This document shows, piece after piece, positions 8,483 through 17,246 of a DNA stretch of 32,000 nucleotides. The position numbers and the translations under genes are program-made. Every line of letters starts with the position of its first letter. Positions within the stretch are counted from its first letter, which is position 1. The stretch covers positions 1,530,001 through 1,562,000 of the forward strand of contig NC_014972.1 of assembly GCF_000186885.1 (NCBI RefSeq), read 5' to 3'. The stretch is from Desulfobulbus propionicus DSM 2032 (lineage in GTDB: Bacteria; Desulfobacterota; Desulfobulbia; Desulfobulbales; Desulfobulbaceae). The notes beneath the pieces were generated by a model that did not search any database, was not told the origin of the DNA, and saw only the letters and a list, made by a program, of their open reading frames with translations.

Positions 8483-9331
8483 TCAATCGTCGTTGCATGG
8501 ACGGCAGATTTGATTGTACCGATCGTCGCAGGTGGTGCGATCGATGTCGATGAACGTGCCGATCACCACCCCCTTGGCGAAATCGATGTCCGCCTGGGCC
8601 GGATCGGCACCGTTCTTGATGATCGTCCGATCCTGGTAGAGTTTGAGGGTATCGAGGGGCTTTTCCTTGTTGCGCCGGCCGTAATTGATGGGGCAGGGCG
8701 AGAGCACCTCGATGAAGGAAAATCCCTTGCGGCTGATGGCTTCGTTGATTGCCGTGGTTAGGTCCCGGGTCTGGAGAATGGTCCAGCGAGCCACATAGGA
8801 GGCGCCGGCGGCATAGGCCAGCAGCGGCAGGTTGAACGGCGCGTCCGGGTTGCCCAGCGGCGTGGTGGTCGATTTGGCCATGCTCGGCGTGGTGGCCGCC
8901 ACCTGGCCGCCGGTCATGCCGTAGGTCAGGTTGTTGACGCAGATCACGGTCAGGTCCATGTTGCGCCGCGCCGCATGGATGAAGTGATTGCCGCCTATGG
9001 CGAACAGGTCGCCGTCACCGGAAAAGACGATCACCTTGAGCTCCGGGTTGGCCATCTTGATGCCGGTGGCAAAGGGAATGGCCCGGCCGTGGGTGGTGTG
9101 AAAGGAGTCGAGCTTGATGTACCCGGCTCCACGCGCCGAGCAGCCAATGCCCGAAACCATGGTGAACTTGTTGTAGGGGATGCCGGTGGCCTTGATGGCG
9201 CTCAGGCACGAAGAAAACACCGTGCCGATGCCGCAACCCGGACACCAGATATGGGGGATGCGGTCGGTGCGGATCAGGTCGTCCAGCGGATGTTCGGGCT
9301 GCTTGGCCAATTTTTTCGGATTGGTGGTCAT
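8483..9331 (-). CDS. korB: 2-oxoacid:ferredoxin oxidoreductase beta subunit (TPP-binding)
   Basis: The start MTTNPKKLAKQPEHPL...IWCPGCGIG carries the beta-subunit Cys motif. The TPP motif is VFSGDGDLFAIGGNHFIHAARRN. The ATG lies 4 nt after the korA stop. The track ORF's extra 34 N-terminal residues overlap korA and were rejected. Confidence 0.85.
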   Translation of the reverse strand: MTTNPKKLAKQPEHPLDDLIRTDRIPHIWCPGCGIGTVFSSCLSAIKATGIPYNKFTMVSGIGCSARGAGYIKLDSFHTTHGRAIPFATGIKMANPELKVIVFSGDGDLFAIGGNHFIHAARRNMDLTVICVNNLTYGMTGGQVAATTPSMAKSTTTPLGNPDAPFNLPLLAYAAGASYVARWTILQTRDLTTAINEAISRKGFSFIEVLSPCPINYGRRNKEKPLDTLKLYQDRTIIKNGADPAQADIDFAKGVVIGTFIDIDRTTCDDRYNQICRPCNDD

Positions 9332-9335
9332 AAGC

Positions 9336-10481
9336 TTAAAATTTCTCCTGAATGCACTCCAGCACCTTGTCCGGGTGAATGATTTTGCCGCCGGCACTGC
9401 CGACCAGATAGGCTTGGGCTTGGCCGCCGGCACAACGCTCGACCTCGTAGTGGACCTGACCGAGGTTGATTTCCACGGTGATGAAGCCCTTGACCCGGGC
9501 CGCGATCTCGCGGATCAGCTTTTCGGGAAAGGGCCAGACCGTGACCAACCGCAACAGTCCGGCCTTGTAGCCCATGGCCCGGGCCTGGTCGACCGCGCTC
9601 AGGCCGGTGCGCACCGAGATGCCGTAGCTGACGATGACGATGTCGGCATCCTCCATCCGGTAACTCTCGGTCTCGATGATGTCGTCGAGGTTATTGCGGA
9701 TTTTGCCCTTGATCCGCGCCATCATCTCTTCCTGGGCCTCGACGGTCATCGAAGGGTAGCCGCGCTCGTCGTGGGTCAGGCCGGTCACGTGGATGTTGTA
9801 GCCGTCACCAATGGCTGGCATGGGGGCCACGCCGTTGGCTCCCGGTTCGTACAGCCTGAACCGGTCCTTGCGGCCGGTGGGTTTGGGCCGGTCGATCAGG
9901 CGGATCTTGCTGGCTTCGGGGATGACCACCTTCTCGCTCATGTGGCCGACAATTTCATCGGCCATGAGCAGCACCGGCACCCGGTATTTCTCGCTCAGGT
10001 TGAAGGCGCGGATGGTCTGGTAAAAACAATCCTGGGGCGAGGAGGGGGCCAGGGCAATCAGTTCGTAGTCGCCGTGCGAGCCCCAGCGGGCCTGCATCAT
10101 GTCGCCTTGGCCGGTCTGGGTGGGCAGGCCGGTGGACGGGCCGGTGCGCTGCACATTGACGATCACGCAGGGGGTTTCGGTGCACACGGCCAGGCCCAGG
10201 TTCTCCATCATCAAGCTGAATCCGGGGCCCGAGGTGGCGGTCATTGACTTGACCCCGGTCCAGGCCGCGCCGAGAATCGAGGCGATGGCCGCGATCTCGT
10301 CTTCCATCTGGATAAAGGTGCCGCCGATGTCGGGCAGGCGTTCGGCCATGTGTTCGGCGATCTCGGTGGCCGGGGTGATCGGATAGGCGCCGAAGAATTT
10401 GCATCCGGCCGCGATGGCCCCCTCGGCGCAGGCCACGTCGCCGGTGATGTAATGTTCGCCGGTAAGCACGGCAGGTTTCAT
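9336..10481 (-). CDS. korA: 2-oxoacid:ferredoxin oxidoreductase alpha subunit
   Basis: Supporting motifs are ITGDVACAEGAIAAGCKFFGAYPITPATEI, TATSGPGFSLMMENLG and PCVIVNVQRTGPSTGLPT, the typical alpha-subunit signature. Size is 381 aa. Confidence 0.9.
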   Translation of the reverse strand: MKPAVLTGEHYITGDVACAEGAIAAGCKFFGAYPITPATEIAEHMAERLPDIGGTFIQMEDEIAAIASILGAAWTGVKSMTATSGPGFSLMMENLGLAVCTETPCVIVNVQRTGPSTGLPTQTGQGDMMQARWGSHGDYELIALAPSSPQDCFYQTIRAFNLSEKYRVPVLLMADEIVGHMSEKVVIPEASKIRLIDRPKPTGRKDRFRLYEPGANGVAPMPAIGDGYNIHVTGLTHDERGYPSMTVEAQEEMMARIKGKIRNNLDDIIETESYRMEDADIVIVSYGISVRTGLSAVDQARAMGYKAGLLRLVTVWPFPEKLIREIAARVKGFITVEINLGQVHYEVERCAGGQAQAYLVGSAGGKIIHPDKVLECIQEKF

Positions 10482-10502
10482 ATCAGGTCTCTCGCGGAAA
10501 AA

Positions 10503-10778
10503 TTATTTGGAAACGGCTGCTGGCTCGGTCTCCACCGAATAGATGGCGAACTCGGGGCAGATGATCTCACAGTAGTGGCAGTTGACGCATTCGCCGGGCT
10601 TGGTGACCACCGGCGGGTGGTACCCCTTGCGGTTGAACTTGTCGGAAAACTGGAGGATGTCCTTGGGGCAGAACTCGATGCAGTAGCCGCAGCCCTTGCA
10701 TCGGTCGTCGATGATGTACACCGTGCCCCGGGTGACTTGGATGTCCTGGGCGTCAAGAGGTACTCGCCAAAATGCCAT
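10503..10778 (-). CDS. korD: 2-oxoacid:ferredoxin oxidoreductase delta subunit (2x[4Fe-4S] ferredoxin)
   Basis: A 91-aa protein with CKGCGYCIEFCP and CVNCHYCEIICP. It is the first gene of the operon, 21 nt upstream of korA. Confidence 0.8.
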   Translation of the reverse strand: MAFWRVPLDAQDIQVTRGTVYIIDDRCKGCGYCIEFCPKDILQFSDKFNRKGYHPPVVTKPGECVNCHYCEIICPEFAIYSVETEPAAVSK

Positions 10779-10892
10779 GTTGCCTGCCTGTGTGTGGTAA
10801 GGGTTGCCTTCGTGCCGTTGTCACGGCGGGAGAAAGGATTGCCGCGAAGGAAAAACAGGAGACTGGATGGCCTCCGCACTCCCAAGCCTGCA

Positions 10893-10921
10893 ACTAAACT
10901 GGAAATAGATGTAGATGTCAA
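10893..10921 (-). promoter_or_regulatory. Candidate sigma70-type promoter for the kor-hdr operon
   Basis: The minus strand reads TTGACA (10916..10921), a 17-nt spacer, then TTTAGT (10893..10898). This would give a leader of about 105 nt before the korD ATG. Pattern match only. Confidence 0.35.
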
Positions 10922-11182
10922 GGGCGGAAACGAAAGAGGCGGGGGAAAGTTGAGACACGGTCGGATTTTTGTCGACGGTGTCTCTGATTTTTCTCCTGTG
11001 CTCTGTTTTGGTGGCCATGGGCTTCCAGCGGACCGGCACGCGGCGAGGACGGGTATTGACCGTCCGTATCGCGACAGACGGGAAACAACCGGTTGTGGCC
11101 TGTCCGTTTGGCTGGGGTGTGCTCCTTGTGGGTGCCGAAGTTTTCACGGCGCATAAAAAGGACCGGGTTGTCTTGTTGCGGG

Positions 11183-11210
11183 TTGCTGTTTTTTTCAGAC
11201 CTGGTATATT
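11183..11210 (+). promoter_or_regulatory. Candidate sigma70-type promoter for the TSUP permease gene
   Basis: TTGCTG (11183..11188), a 16-nt spacer, then TATATT (11205..11210), about 65 nt upstream of the ATG at 11274. Pattern match only. Confidence 0.4.
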
Positions 11211-11273
11211 GACACGAAAATAAAATCTATCGTGTTTGTGTTGCCCACCCCCTCACCTTTCAAGGAGACGCCC

Positions 11274-12188
11274 ATGCTGTTTCCCCTCTCCGGCATCACC
11301 GTCGATCCGTGGCTCCCGCCCCTCGTTGCCTTTGTCATTTCCTTTTTCACCTCCATGGGCGGCATTTCCGGGGCCTTTCTCCTCTTACCCTTCCAGCTGT
11401 CGGTGCTTGGCTACACCCACCCATCGGTCAGTTCCACCAACCAGTTGTACAATATCGTCGCCATCCCTTCGGGTGTATACCGCTACTGCAAGGAGGGGCG
11501 GATGGTCTGGCCCCTGGCTTGGGCGGTGGTGATCGGTACTCTGCCCGGGGTGCTGATCGGCGCCGTGGTGCGGGTGACCGGCTTGCGCGACCCACGACAT
11601 TTCAAGCTGTTCGCCGCCGTGGTCATTCTCTATATCGCCCTCAAGATGATCAAGGATCTGCGCCGACGACCTGCCGAGGCGGCAGCCGCCTCCAAGGGCG
11701 GTCCATTGGCCGCCACCTACGGCAACCCAGGGACCACGGTGACCATTACCCATCGCAACCTGAAGCGGATCGGCTATACTTTTCAGGGAGAATCCTACGA
11801 TGTGTCGGTCATGGGAATAGGCGTCCTCTGCTTCATCGTCGGTATCATCGGCGGCATCTACGGTATTGGCGGCGGCGCGATCATCGCTCCCTTTCTCGTT
11901 ACCTTTTTCGGCCTGCCGGTCTACACCGTGGCCGGGGCGGCTCTGATGGGCACCTTCGTCACCTCGGTGGCCGGCGTGGTCTTCTACACGGCCATCGCGC
12001 CGCTTTATCCGCAGCTCTCGGTGGCCCCGGACTGGCTGCTCGGCATTCTCTTTGGCCTGGGCGGCATGGCCGGCATGTATCTGGGGGCCCGCTGCCAGAA
12101 ATTCGTTCCCGCACGGGCGATCAAAGGGATGCTGGTGGTCATCATGCTGGGCACGGCCCTCAAGTACATCCTCGAATTCCTCAAATAA
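11274..12188 (+). CDS. TSUP (TauE/SafE) family anion permease, 304 aa
   Basis: A polytopic membrane protein with the internally duplicated 4+4 helix pattern and Gly-rich helices (FFTSMGGISGAFLLLPF..., IIGGIYGIGGGAIIAPFLV) typical of TauE/SafE-like transporters. The ATG at 11274 is preceded by AGGAG at 7 nt. The track's GTG at 11232 has no RBS. Confidence 0.8.
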   Translation: MLFPLSGITVDPWLPPLVAFVISFFTSMGGISGAFLLLPFQLSVLGYTHPSVSSTNQLYNIVAIPSGVYRYCKEGRMVWPLAWAVVIGTLPGVLIGAVVRVTGLRDPRHFKLFAAVVILYIALKMIKDLRRRPAEAAAASKGGPLAATYGNPGTTVTITHRNLKRIGYTFQGESYDVSVMGIGVLCFIVGIIGGIYGIGGGAIIAPFLVTFFGLPVYTVAGAALMGTFVTSVAGVVFYTAIAPLYPQLSVAPDWLLGILFGLGGMAGMYLGARCQKFVPARAIKGMLVVIMLGTALKYILEFLK

Positions 12189-12191
12189 CAA

Positions 12192-12234
12192 CAGGCGGCT
12201 CTGGACCGATGTCCAAGGCCGCCTGCCTGTTTTC
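12192..12234. terminator. Bidirectional hairpin terminator between the convergent TSUP and glycosidase-like genes
   Basis: CAGGCGGC-tc-TGGAC-cgat-GTCCA-ag-GCCGCCTG forms 8+5 bp of stem, followed by cctgtttt on the plus strand and ttgttattt on the minus strand. Confidence 0.6.
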
Positions 12235-12250
12235 CGCTGCTCGATGCTGT

Positions 12251-13510
12251 TCAGGGTTGGGCGAACAGCTGGCCCACGGTCGCCGGAATGGCGCCCTTGG
12301 GAACCAGACCGTGATCCTTGCCCACGCTGTAGACTCCGAACCACTGTTCCGGATCGTCCGCATCCTGGCGCAGGGACTCCTCCGGTCCCTTGGCGCTCTT
12401 CCACCACTCGTCCTGCAGTTCAAAGAAAACCAGACCGCTGAAGCGCTCCTTGCCTGCGGCGGTGCGGATATCCCGCCAGACCGAAGTAAAGGTCGCGGGC
12501 ACGTCCTCGATCTTGTGGCCGCCAAATCCCGGCACCCAGGGTTTGGGTTCGAAGGGGGAGGTCGACAGGCCCACCTGGGTGATGAGGATCGGCTGTTTCG
12601 ATTCCCTGGCCAACTGTTCCAGATAGCCCTGGTAGGTTGTCCCGGTCACTGAACCGGGCGGGGAGGTGCGCACGCCGTTGGCATAGGTGTAGACGTTGAG
12701 GCAGATCAGATCCCCCATGTCCGGCACGAGGATGTCCTTGCGGCTGACCTCCAGGTCTGGTCGGTCGGCGATCGGACCGATGTGGGTCCAGCTGGTATGG
12801 CAGTAGAGATGGCGTTGGCCGTAGCGCGTCAGCTCATAGTCCATGGCCTCGTCCACCAGCTTGGCCATGGCCACCTCGGTGGGCGTGCGGTTGGTGACGT
12901 GCAGGTGTTTGCCTTTGTACTCGCGTACCTCGGGGTGGCGTTGATTGGTTGATTTGACGCACTTGGCCTGGAGTTCGTCGCCAATGGAAAACAGCACCAG
13001 CCGATCCGGGCGGCCCACCTTGTAGGTGTGATCGATCACCTCCTTGATGTCGTTGAGGGTCTTGGCCTGGAAGGCCGGGGCGAGGAAATCCTCCTCATAG
13101 GCCCAGATCCATACATCCTGGCCGTAGACCAGGTCGGTCTTGTCCAGGGCGGCGAAGAAATTGGGCGGCATCAGCCGGGGAAACACATGGAGATAATTGA
13201 CATTCATCGCCTTGATCAGGGTCAGATGATCGTTGTAGCGGTTGTCGTTGCCGGGTTGGGCGCCGCGTACCGGCGTTTCGCCGGGAAGAAAGGGCGAGTA
13301 GCCCATGCCACGGAAAAAAATCGGGGTGTCCGGGGCGCGAGCGTCAACCAGTGTGTGCCCCCGGACCACGAAGCGGCTGGGCGTGGGGGTGGCCGGGTTG
13401 AGGGTCATGGTCCTGTCGGCTTGGGCGGCATGGCTTGCGGTGTACAGGGACAGGAACAGGGCGAGCAGGGGAATGGCAGCAAAAAGGCGGGGTGGTGTGT
13501 TCATGGGCAT
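12251..13510 (-). CDS. Secreted TIM-barrel glycoside-hydrolase-like protein (family not assignable by eye)
   Basis: The N-terminal signal peptide is MPMNTPPRLFAAIPLLALFLSLYTASHAAQA. The body shows a GH-A clan-like beta/alpha pattern (IFFRGMGYSP, IKAMNVNYLHVF, LFSIGDEL, ILITQVGLSTSP, VFFELQDEWW). The start could be 13510 or 13504. Confidence 0.55.
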   Translation of the reverse strand: MPMNTPPRLFAAIPLLALFLSLYTASHAAQADRTMTLNPATPTPSRFVVRGHTLVDARAPDTPIFFRGMGYSPFLPGETPVRGAQPGNDNRYNDHLTLIKAMNVNYLHVFPRLMPPNFFAALDKTDLVYGQDVWIWAYEEDFLAPAFQAKTLNDIKEVIDHTYKVGRPDRLVLFSIGDELQAKCVKSTNQRHPEVREYKGKHLHVTNRTPTEVAMAKLVDEAMDYELTRYGQRHLYCHTSWTHIGPIADRPDLEVSRKDILVPDMGDLICLNVYTYANGVRTSPPGSVTGTTYQGYLEQLARESKQPILITQVGLSTSPFEPKPWVPGFGGHKIEDVPATFTSVWRDIRTAAGKERFSGLVFFELQDEWWKSAKGPEESLRQDADDPEQWFGVYSVGKDHGLVPKGAIPATVGQLFAQP

Positions 13511-13724
13511 GGCAAGGAAAAGAGGGTTGTCGGGATGACCGGAGCTGGCCGAGCTGTCGGGGTTCGGCTACCGGCGTGATCGGTGTTTACTGTAAAGGAA
13601 GAGGCGGGGAAGATAAAGCACTTGTTGGCGTCGATCCGGGAACAGGAGGCAAAGTACCGTAATCGACGGCCGCTGCCGGATGGACCGGCATCCGGCCAGG
13701 GGCGGGGAGAGGCACAACCTTGTT

Positions 13725-13753
13725 TTGACATTCTTCTTTTCCGGTCCTATTGT
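13725..13753 (+). promoter_or_regulatory. Candidate sigma70-type promoter for the flavoprotein disulfide reductase gene
   Basis: TTGACA (13725..13730), a 17-nt spacer, then TATTGT (13748..13753). The leader carries a GC hairpin, GCGGGCCG (13767..13774) paired with CGGCCCGC (13783..13790), ahead of the GAAGGAGG RBS. Confidence 0.45.
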
Positions 13754-13815
13754 GACCAGCAAGCATGCGGGCCGGTCGGCATCGGCCCGCGGACCCCCAA
13801 CCGAAGGAGGACAAG

Positions 13816-15162
13816 ATGCGATTTGTGATCATCGGCGGTGATGCCGCCGGCATGAGCGCGGCCAGTCGGGCCAGGCGCAACGACCCCGGCATGGAAATCA
13901 TCGTGCTGGAGCAGGGGCGGGACGTGTCCTACAGCGCGTGCAACATTCCGTACAACATCGCCGATCCGCGTCGGGAAATGGAGGATCTGGTGGTCCGCAG
14001 CGCGCGCGCCTTCCGCGAAAAGCAGGGCATTGACCTGCGGACCGGCCATCGGGTGGAGCACATCGATCGGGCCGGCAAGACGGTTGCCGGCCGGACCGCC
14101 GGGGGGGAGCCGTTCACGGTCGCCTATGATCGGCTGCTGATCGCCACCGGCGCCGATCCGATCAAGCCGCCGATCGAGGGCATGGACCTGTCCGGCGTGT
14201 TCGTGGTCAAGAATTTGGAGCATGGCCGGCGGATCAAGACCTTTCTCCGCGACCGGCAGGCGAAACGGGCGGTGATCGTCGGCATGGGCTACATCGCCCT
14301 GGAAATGGCCGAGGCCCTGAGCGAACGAGGATTGGCGGTGGATCTGATCAAACCGAGGGCCGGTCTGCTGCCCTGGCTCGATCCCGCCTTGTCCCAACCG
14401 GTGCGGGAACTGCTGGTCGCTCGGGGCGTGGGGGTGCATGACGGCTACCCGATCGAGCGCATCATTGCCGAGGGTGAACAGCTGCGGGTGATAGCCGGGG
14501 AACTGCGGCTGGAGGCCGATGTGGTGATCGCGGCCATCGGCGTGACCCCCAACGCGTCCCTGGCCCGTGAAGCCGGACTTGACGTGAGTGTCGGAGGCTC
14601 GATCGCGGTGGACCGGGGGCTACGCACCTCTGATTCGGCCATCTATGCCGCCGGCGACTGCGCCGACAGCTACCACATCGTTACCGGTGAGAAAACCTGG
14701 ATTCCGCTGGCCCTGCGCGCCAATCGGGCCGGCTGGGCCGTGGCCGACAATGTCTGCGGCCAGCAGGTGGAGTTGCCGGGCGTGGCCGGCACCGCGGTGT
14801 TCAAGGTCTTTGCCATGCAGGTGGCGCGCACGGGCCTCAACGAGGCCGAGGCGAGGGGGGCCGGGTTTGATCCGGTCCGGGTGCAGATCAGGTCCAAATC
14901 CCGGGCCGGCATCTATCCCGGGGCCCAGCCGGTGTATGTGTCCATGGTTGGCGACCGGGCTAGCGGCCGTCTGCTCGGCGCGCAGATGACCGGCATTGAT
15001 CAGGTGGCCCACCGGATCAATGCCGTGGCCGTGGCCCTGCTGGCCGGGATGGGGGTGGCCGAGTTCAGTCAGAGCGACCTCGCCTATGCCCCGCCTTTCG
15101 GCCCCACCTGGGACCCGCTGCTGACCGCAGCCAATCAGCTCGTCAAGCAGTTGAAGGGATGA
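13816..15162 (+). CDS. Pyridine nucleotide-disulfide oxidoreductase of the CoA-disulfide reductase / NADH oxidase family (448 aa)
   Basis: - MRFVIIGGDAAGMSAASRARR is the FAD Rossmann motif.
- The single redox Cys sits in VSYSACNIPY.
- The second Rossmann motif is AVIVGMGYIALEMAEAL.
- IYAAGDCA is also present.
- The ATG at 13816 follows GAAGGAGG. The track's upstream extension was rejected. Confidence 0.8.
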   Translation: MRFVIIGGDAAGMSAASRARRNDPGMEIIVLEQGRDVSYSACNIPYNIADPRREMEDLVVRSARAFREKQGIDLRTGHRVEHIDRAGKTVAGRTAGGEPFTVAYDRLLIATGADPIKPPIEGMDLSGVFVVKNLEHGRRIKTFLRDRQAKRAVIVGMGYIALEMAEALSERGLAVDLIKPRAGLLPWLDPALSQPVRELLVARGVGVHDGYPIERIIAEGEQLRVIAGELRLEADVVIAAIGVTPNASLAREAGLDVSVGGSIAVDRGLRTSDSAIYAAGDCADSYHIVTGEKTWIPLALRANRAGWAVADNVCGQQVELPGVAGTAVFKVFAMQVARTGLNEAEARGAGFDPVRVQIRSKSRAGIYPGAQPVYVSMVGDRASGRLLGAQMTGIDQVAHRINAVAVALLAGMGVAEFSQSDLAYAPPFGPTWDPLLTAANQLVKQLKG

Positions 15163-15193
15163 GCCTGTTTCGTTTCGGAAGGGCTCGTCGGAT

Positions 15194-16477
15194 TCAGAGG
15201 CAGCCGTCGACCGCCTCCGGGGGCAGGGTGCTCTTGACGTCGTAGATTACCGCCGCGGGTTTGCACAGGGCCCGCAGCTGTTCGGCGGAGAGGGTGGCGA
15301 ATTCCCGGTGGGCCACGGCCAGGATCACCGCGTCGTAGCGGCCCTGGGACGGGGGGTCGATCATGGTGACCCCGTACAGGCGCCGGGCTTCGTCCTGATC
15401 CACCCAGGGATCGTGGACCTCGACCCTGGCACCGAAGGTTCCCAGTTCGTCAATGATGTCGATCACCCGGGTGTTGCGCAGGTCGGGGCAGTTCTCCTTG
15501 AAGGTCAGGCCAAGAACGAGGATGTGGGCGTCGGCTACGTGGATGCGGCGCTTGAGCATCAGCTTGACCGTTTCCGAGGCGATGTAGCGGCCCATGTCGT
15601 CGTTGAGCCGGCGGCCGGCCAGGATCATCTCCGGATGGTAGCCGACCTCCTGGGCCTTGTGGGTCAGATAGTAGGGATCGACGCCGATACAGTGACCGCC
15701 GACCAGGCCGGGGCGGAAGGGCAGGAAGTTCCACTTGGTGCCGGCCGCCTTGAGCACTTCATGGGTGTTGATGCCCAGACGGTTGAAAATCAGGGCCAGC
15801 TCGTTGATCAGGGCGATGTTGACGTCGCGCTGGGTGTTCTCGATCACCTTGGCCGCCTCGGCCACCCGGATGGAACTGGCCTTGAAGGTGCCGGCGGTGA
15901 TCACCAGGCCGTAGAGGGCGTCGACAAAGTCGGCGATTTCCGGAGTCGAGCCGGAAGTGACCTTCATGATCGTCGGCAGCCGGTGCTCGTGGTCGCCGGG
16001 GTTGATCCGCTCCGGGCTGTAGCCGGCAAAAAAGTCGCGGTTGAACGCCAGGCCGCTGTCCCGTTCCAGGATCGGCACGCAGACTTCCTCGGTGGCCCCC
16101 GGATAGACGGTGGACTCGTAAATAACCACGTCGCCCTTGTTCAGCACCTTGGCCACGGTTTCCGAGGCCCGGATCAGGGGGGTGAAATCGGGCCGCTTGT
16201 TGGTGTCGATCGGGGTCGGTACGGCGACGATAAACACGTTGCAGGGCCGCAATTCCTCGATATCGCAGGTATAGTGCAGTTCCCCCGCCTGCCTGAGCTC
16301 TTCGCTGGAAACCTCGCGGGTGACATCGATGTGGCGCCGCAACTCATCGATTCGCTGCGCCTTGAGATCAAAGCCCACGGTCGGGACTTTCTTGCTGAAT
16401 TCCACGGCCAGGGGCAGGCCGACATAACCAAGACCAATGATGCCGATACGGCTATTTTCCAGAACGGGCATGGGCAT
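15194..16477 (-). CDS. Nucleotide-sugar 6-dehydrogenase (UDP-GlcNAc/GalNAc dehydrogenase, WbpO/TviB/CapL-like)
   Basis: [19 protein letters not shown] is the NAD Rossmann motif. The catalytic region is [18 protein letters not shown], and the C-terminal UDP-binding domain is present. The start is chosen at MPMPVLEN (16477). Alternatives are 16471, or 16582, which would overlap the queE stop by 8 nt. Confidence 0.85.
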   Translation of the reverse strand: MPMPVLENSRIGIIGLGYVGLPLAVEFSKKVPTVGFDLKAQRIDELRRHIDVTREVSSEELRQAGELHYTCDIEELRPCNVFIVAVPTPIDTNKRPDFTPLIRASETVAKVLNKGDVVIYESTVYPGATEEVCVPILERDSGLAFNRDFFAGYSPERINPGDHEHRLPTIMKVTSGSTPEIADFVDALYGLVITAGTFKASSIRVAEAAKVIENTQRDVNIALINELALIFNRLGINTHEVLKAAGTKWNFLPFRPGLVGGHCIGVDPYYLTHKAQEVGYHPEMILAGRRLNDDMGRYIASETVKLMLKRRIHVADAHILVLGLTFKENCPDLRNTRVIDIIDELGTFGARVEVHDPWVDQDEARRLYGVTMIDPPSQGRYDAVILAVAHREFATLSAEQLRALCKPAAVIYDVKSTLPPEAVDGCL

Positions 16478-16574
16478 TTCCTTAGAGGGGGTGAAGAAGA
16501 GCGGGGCTAGCTGCTTGATTTGTTTCAAGGAGTATAGGCCGAACCGGGGTGTTCGCAAAGGCCTTTTTCGTTCT

Positions 16575-17246
16575 TCAGACACCGCGGGCGCGATCGGGCC
16601 AGAGCAGGGCGTGCAGTTGCAGCTGCAGGCGAACGTTGAGCCGGTGGTCGAGCAGCAGCTGGGCGAGCAGGGCCGGGTCCAGCAGAGGGCGCACCGGCGA
16701 GAACAGGACCGGCAGCAGCCGGTCGAGCCGTTCGCGCGTCACCACCTGCCGGGCCCAGTGGAAATCATCGACCGAGCTGAGCACGAACTTGATCTCGTCG
16801 CGGCACTGCCGCCGGGCCCGTTCCCGCAGCAGGTCGAGGTTGTCGGCCAGGTTGTGAGCCGCCATGCCCGAATCCGGGCATTTGATGTCCATGACGATCC
16901 CCACTTCCTCCGGCACGCCGCACAGCGGCAGGCTGCCATTGGTTTCCAGCAGGACCGTGAGGCCGGCGGCAAGCAGGTTCCGCATGAGCGGATAGACGCC
17001 GTTCTGGCGCAGCGGCTCGCCGCCGGTGACTTCCACCATGACGCCGGGATACTGCTCGGCCCAGGCGAGAATTTCGTCCACGGTCATGGTTTCGCCGGTT
17101 TCCTCCCAGGTGTAGCGGGCATCGCAATAGCTGCAACGGAGATTGCAGCCGGCCAGCCGCACGAACAGGCAGGGCAGACCGGCCCGGGTCGATTCGCCCT
17201 GGATGGAATAAAAGCGTTCGCAAACCAGCAGGGGCTCAGTCACCAT
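16575..17246 (-). CDS. queE: 7-carboxy-7-deazaguanine synthase (radical SAM)
   Basis: The motifs are [34 protein letters not shown] (CX3CX2C) and VEVTGGEPL. Size is 223 aa. It overlaps the queD stop by 11 nt. Confidence 0.85.
   Translation of the reverse strand: MVTEPLLVCERFYSIQGESTRAGLPCLFVRLAGCNLRCSYCDARYTWEETGETMTVDEILAWAEQYPGVMVEVTGGEPLRQNGVYPLMRNLLAAGLTVLLETNGSLPLCGVPEEVGIVMDIKCPDSGMAAHNLADNLDLLRERARRQCRDEIKFVLSSVDDFHWARQVVTRERLDRLLPVLFSPVRPLLDPALLAQLLLDHRLNVRLQLQLHALLWPDRARGV

Noticed and set aside
10969-11223. 84-aa TTG-initiated ORF in the kor/TSUP spacer as a small membrane protein
   Set aside because: It has no RBS at a suitable distance and uses a rare TTG start. It runs through the predicted TSUP promoter, and its composition shifts to Arg/Gly-rich after the first 17 residues.
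11309-12652. Alternative-frame and antisense ORFs over the TSUP permease gene (447 aa on the plus strand, and 340 aa on the minus strand at 11385..12407)
   Set aside because: Their Arg/Gly/Pro-rich products contrast with the coherent multi-helix membrane protein in the chosen frame. The 447-aa ORF also runs into the convergent glycosidase-like gene.
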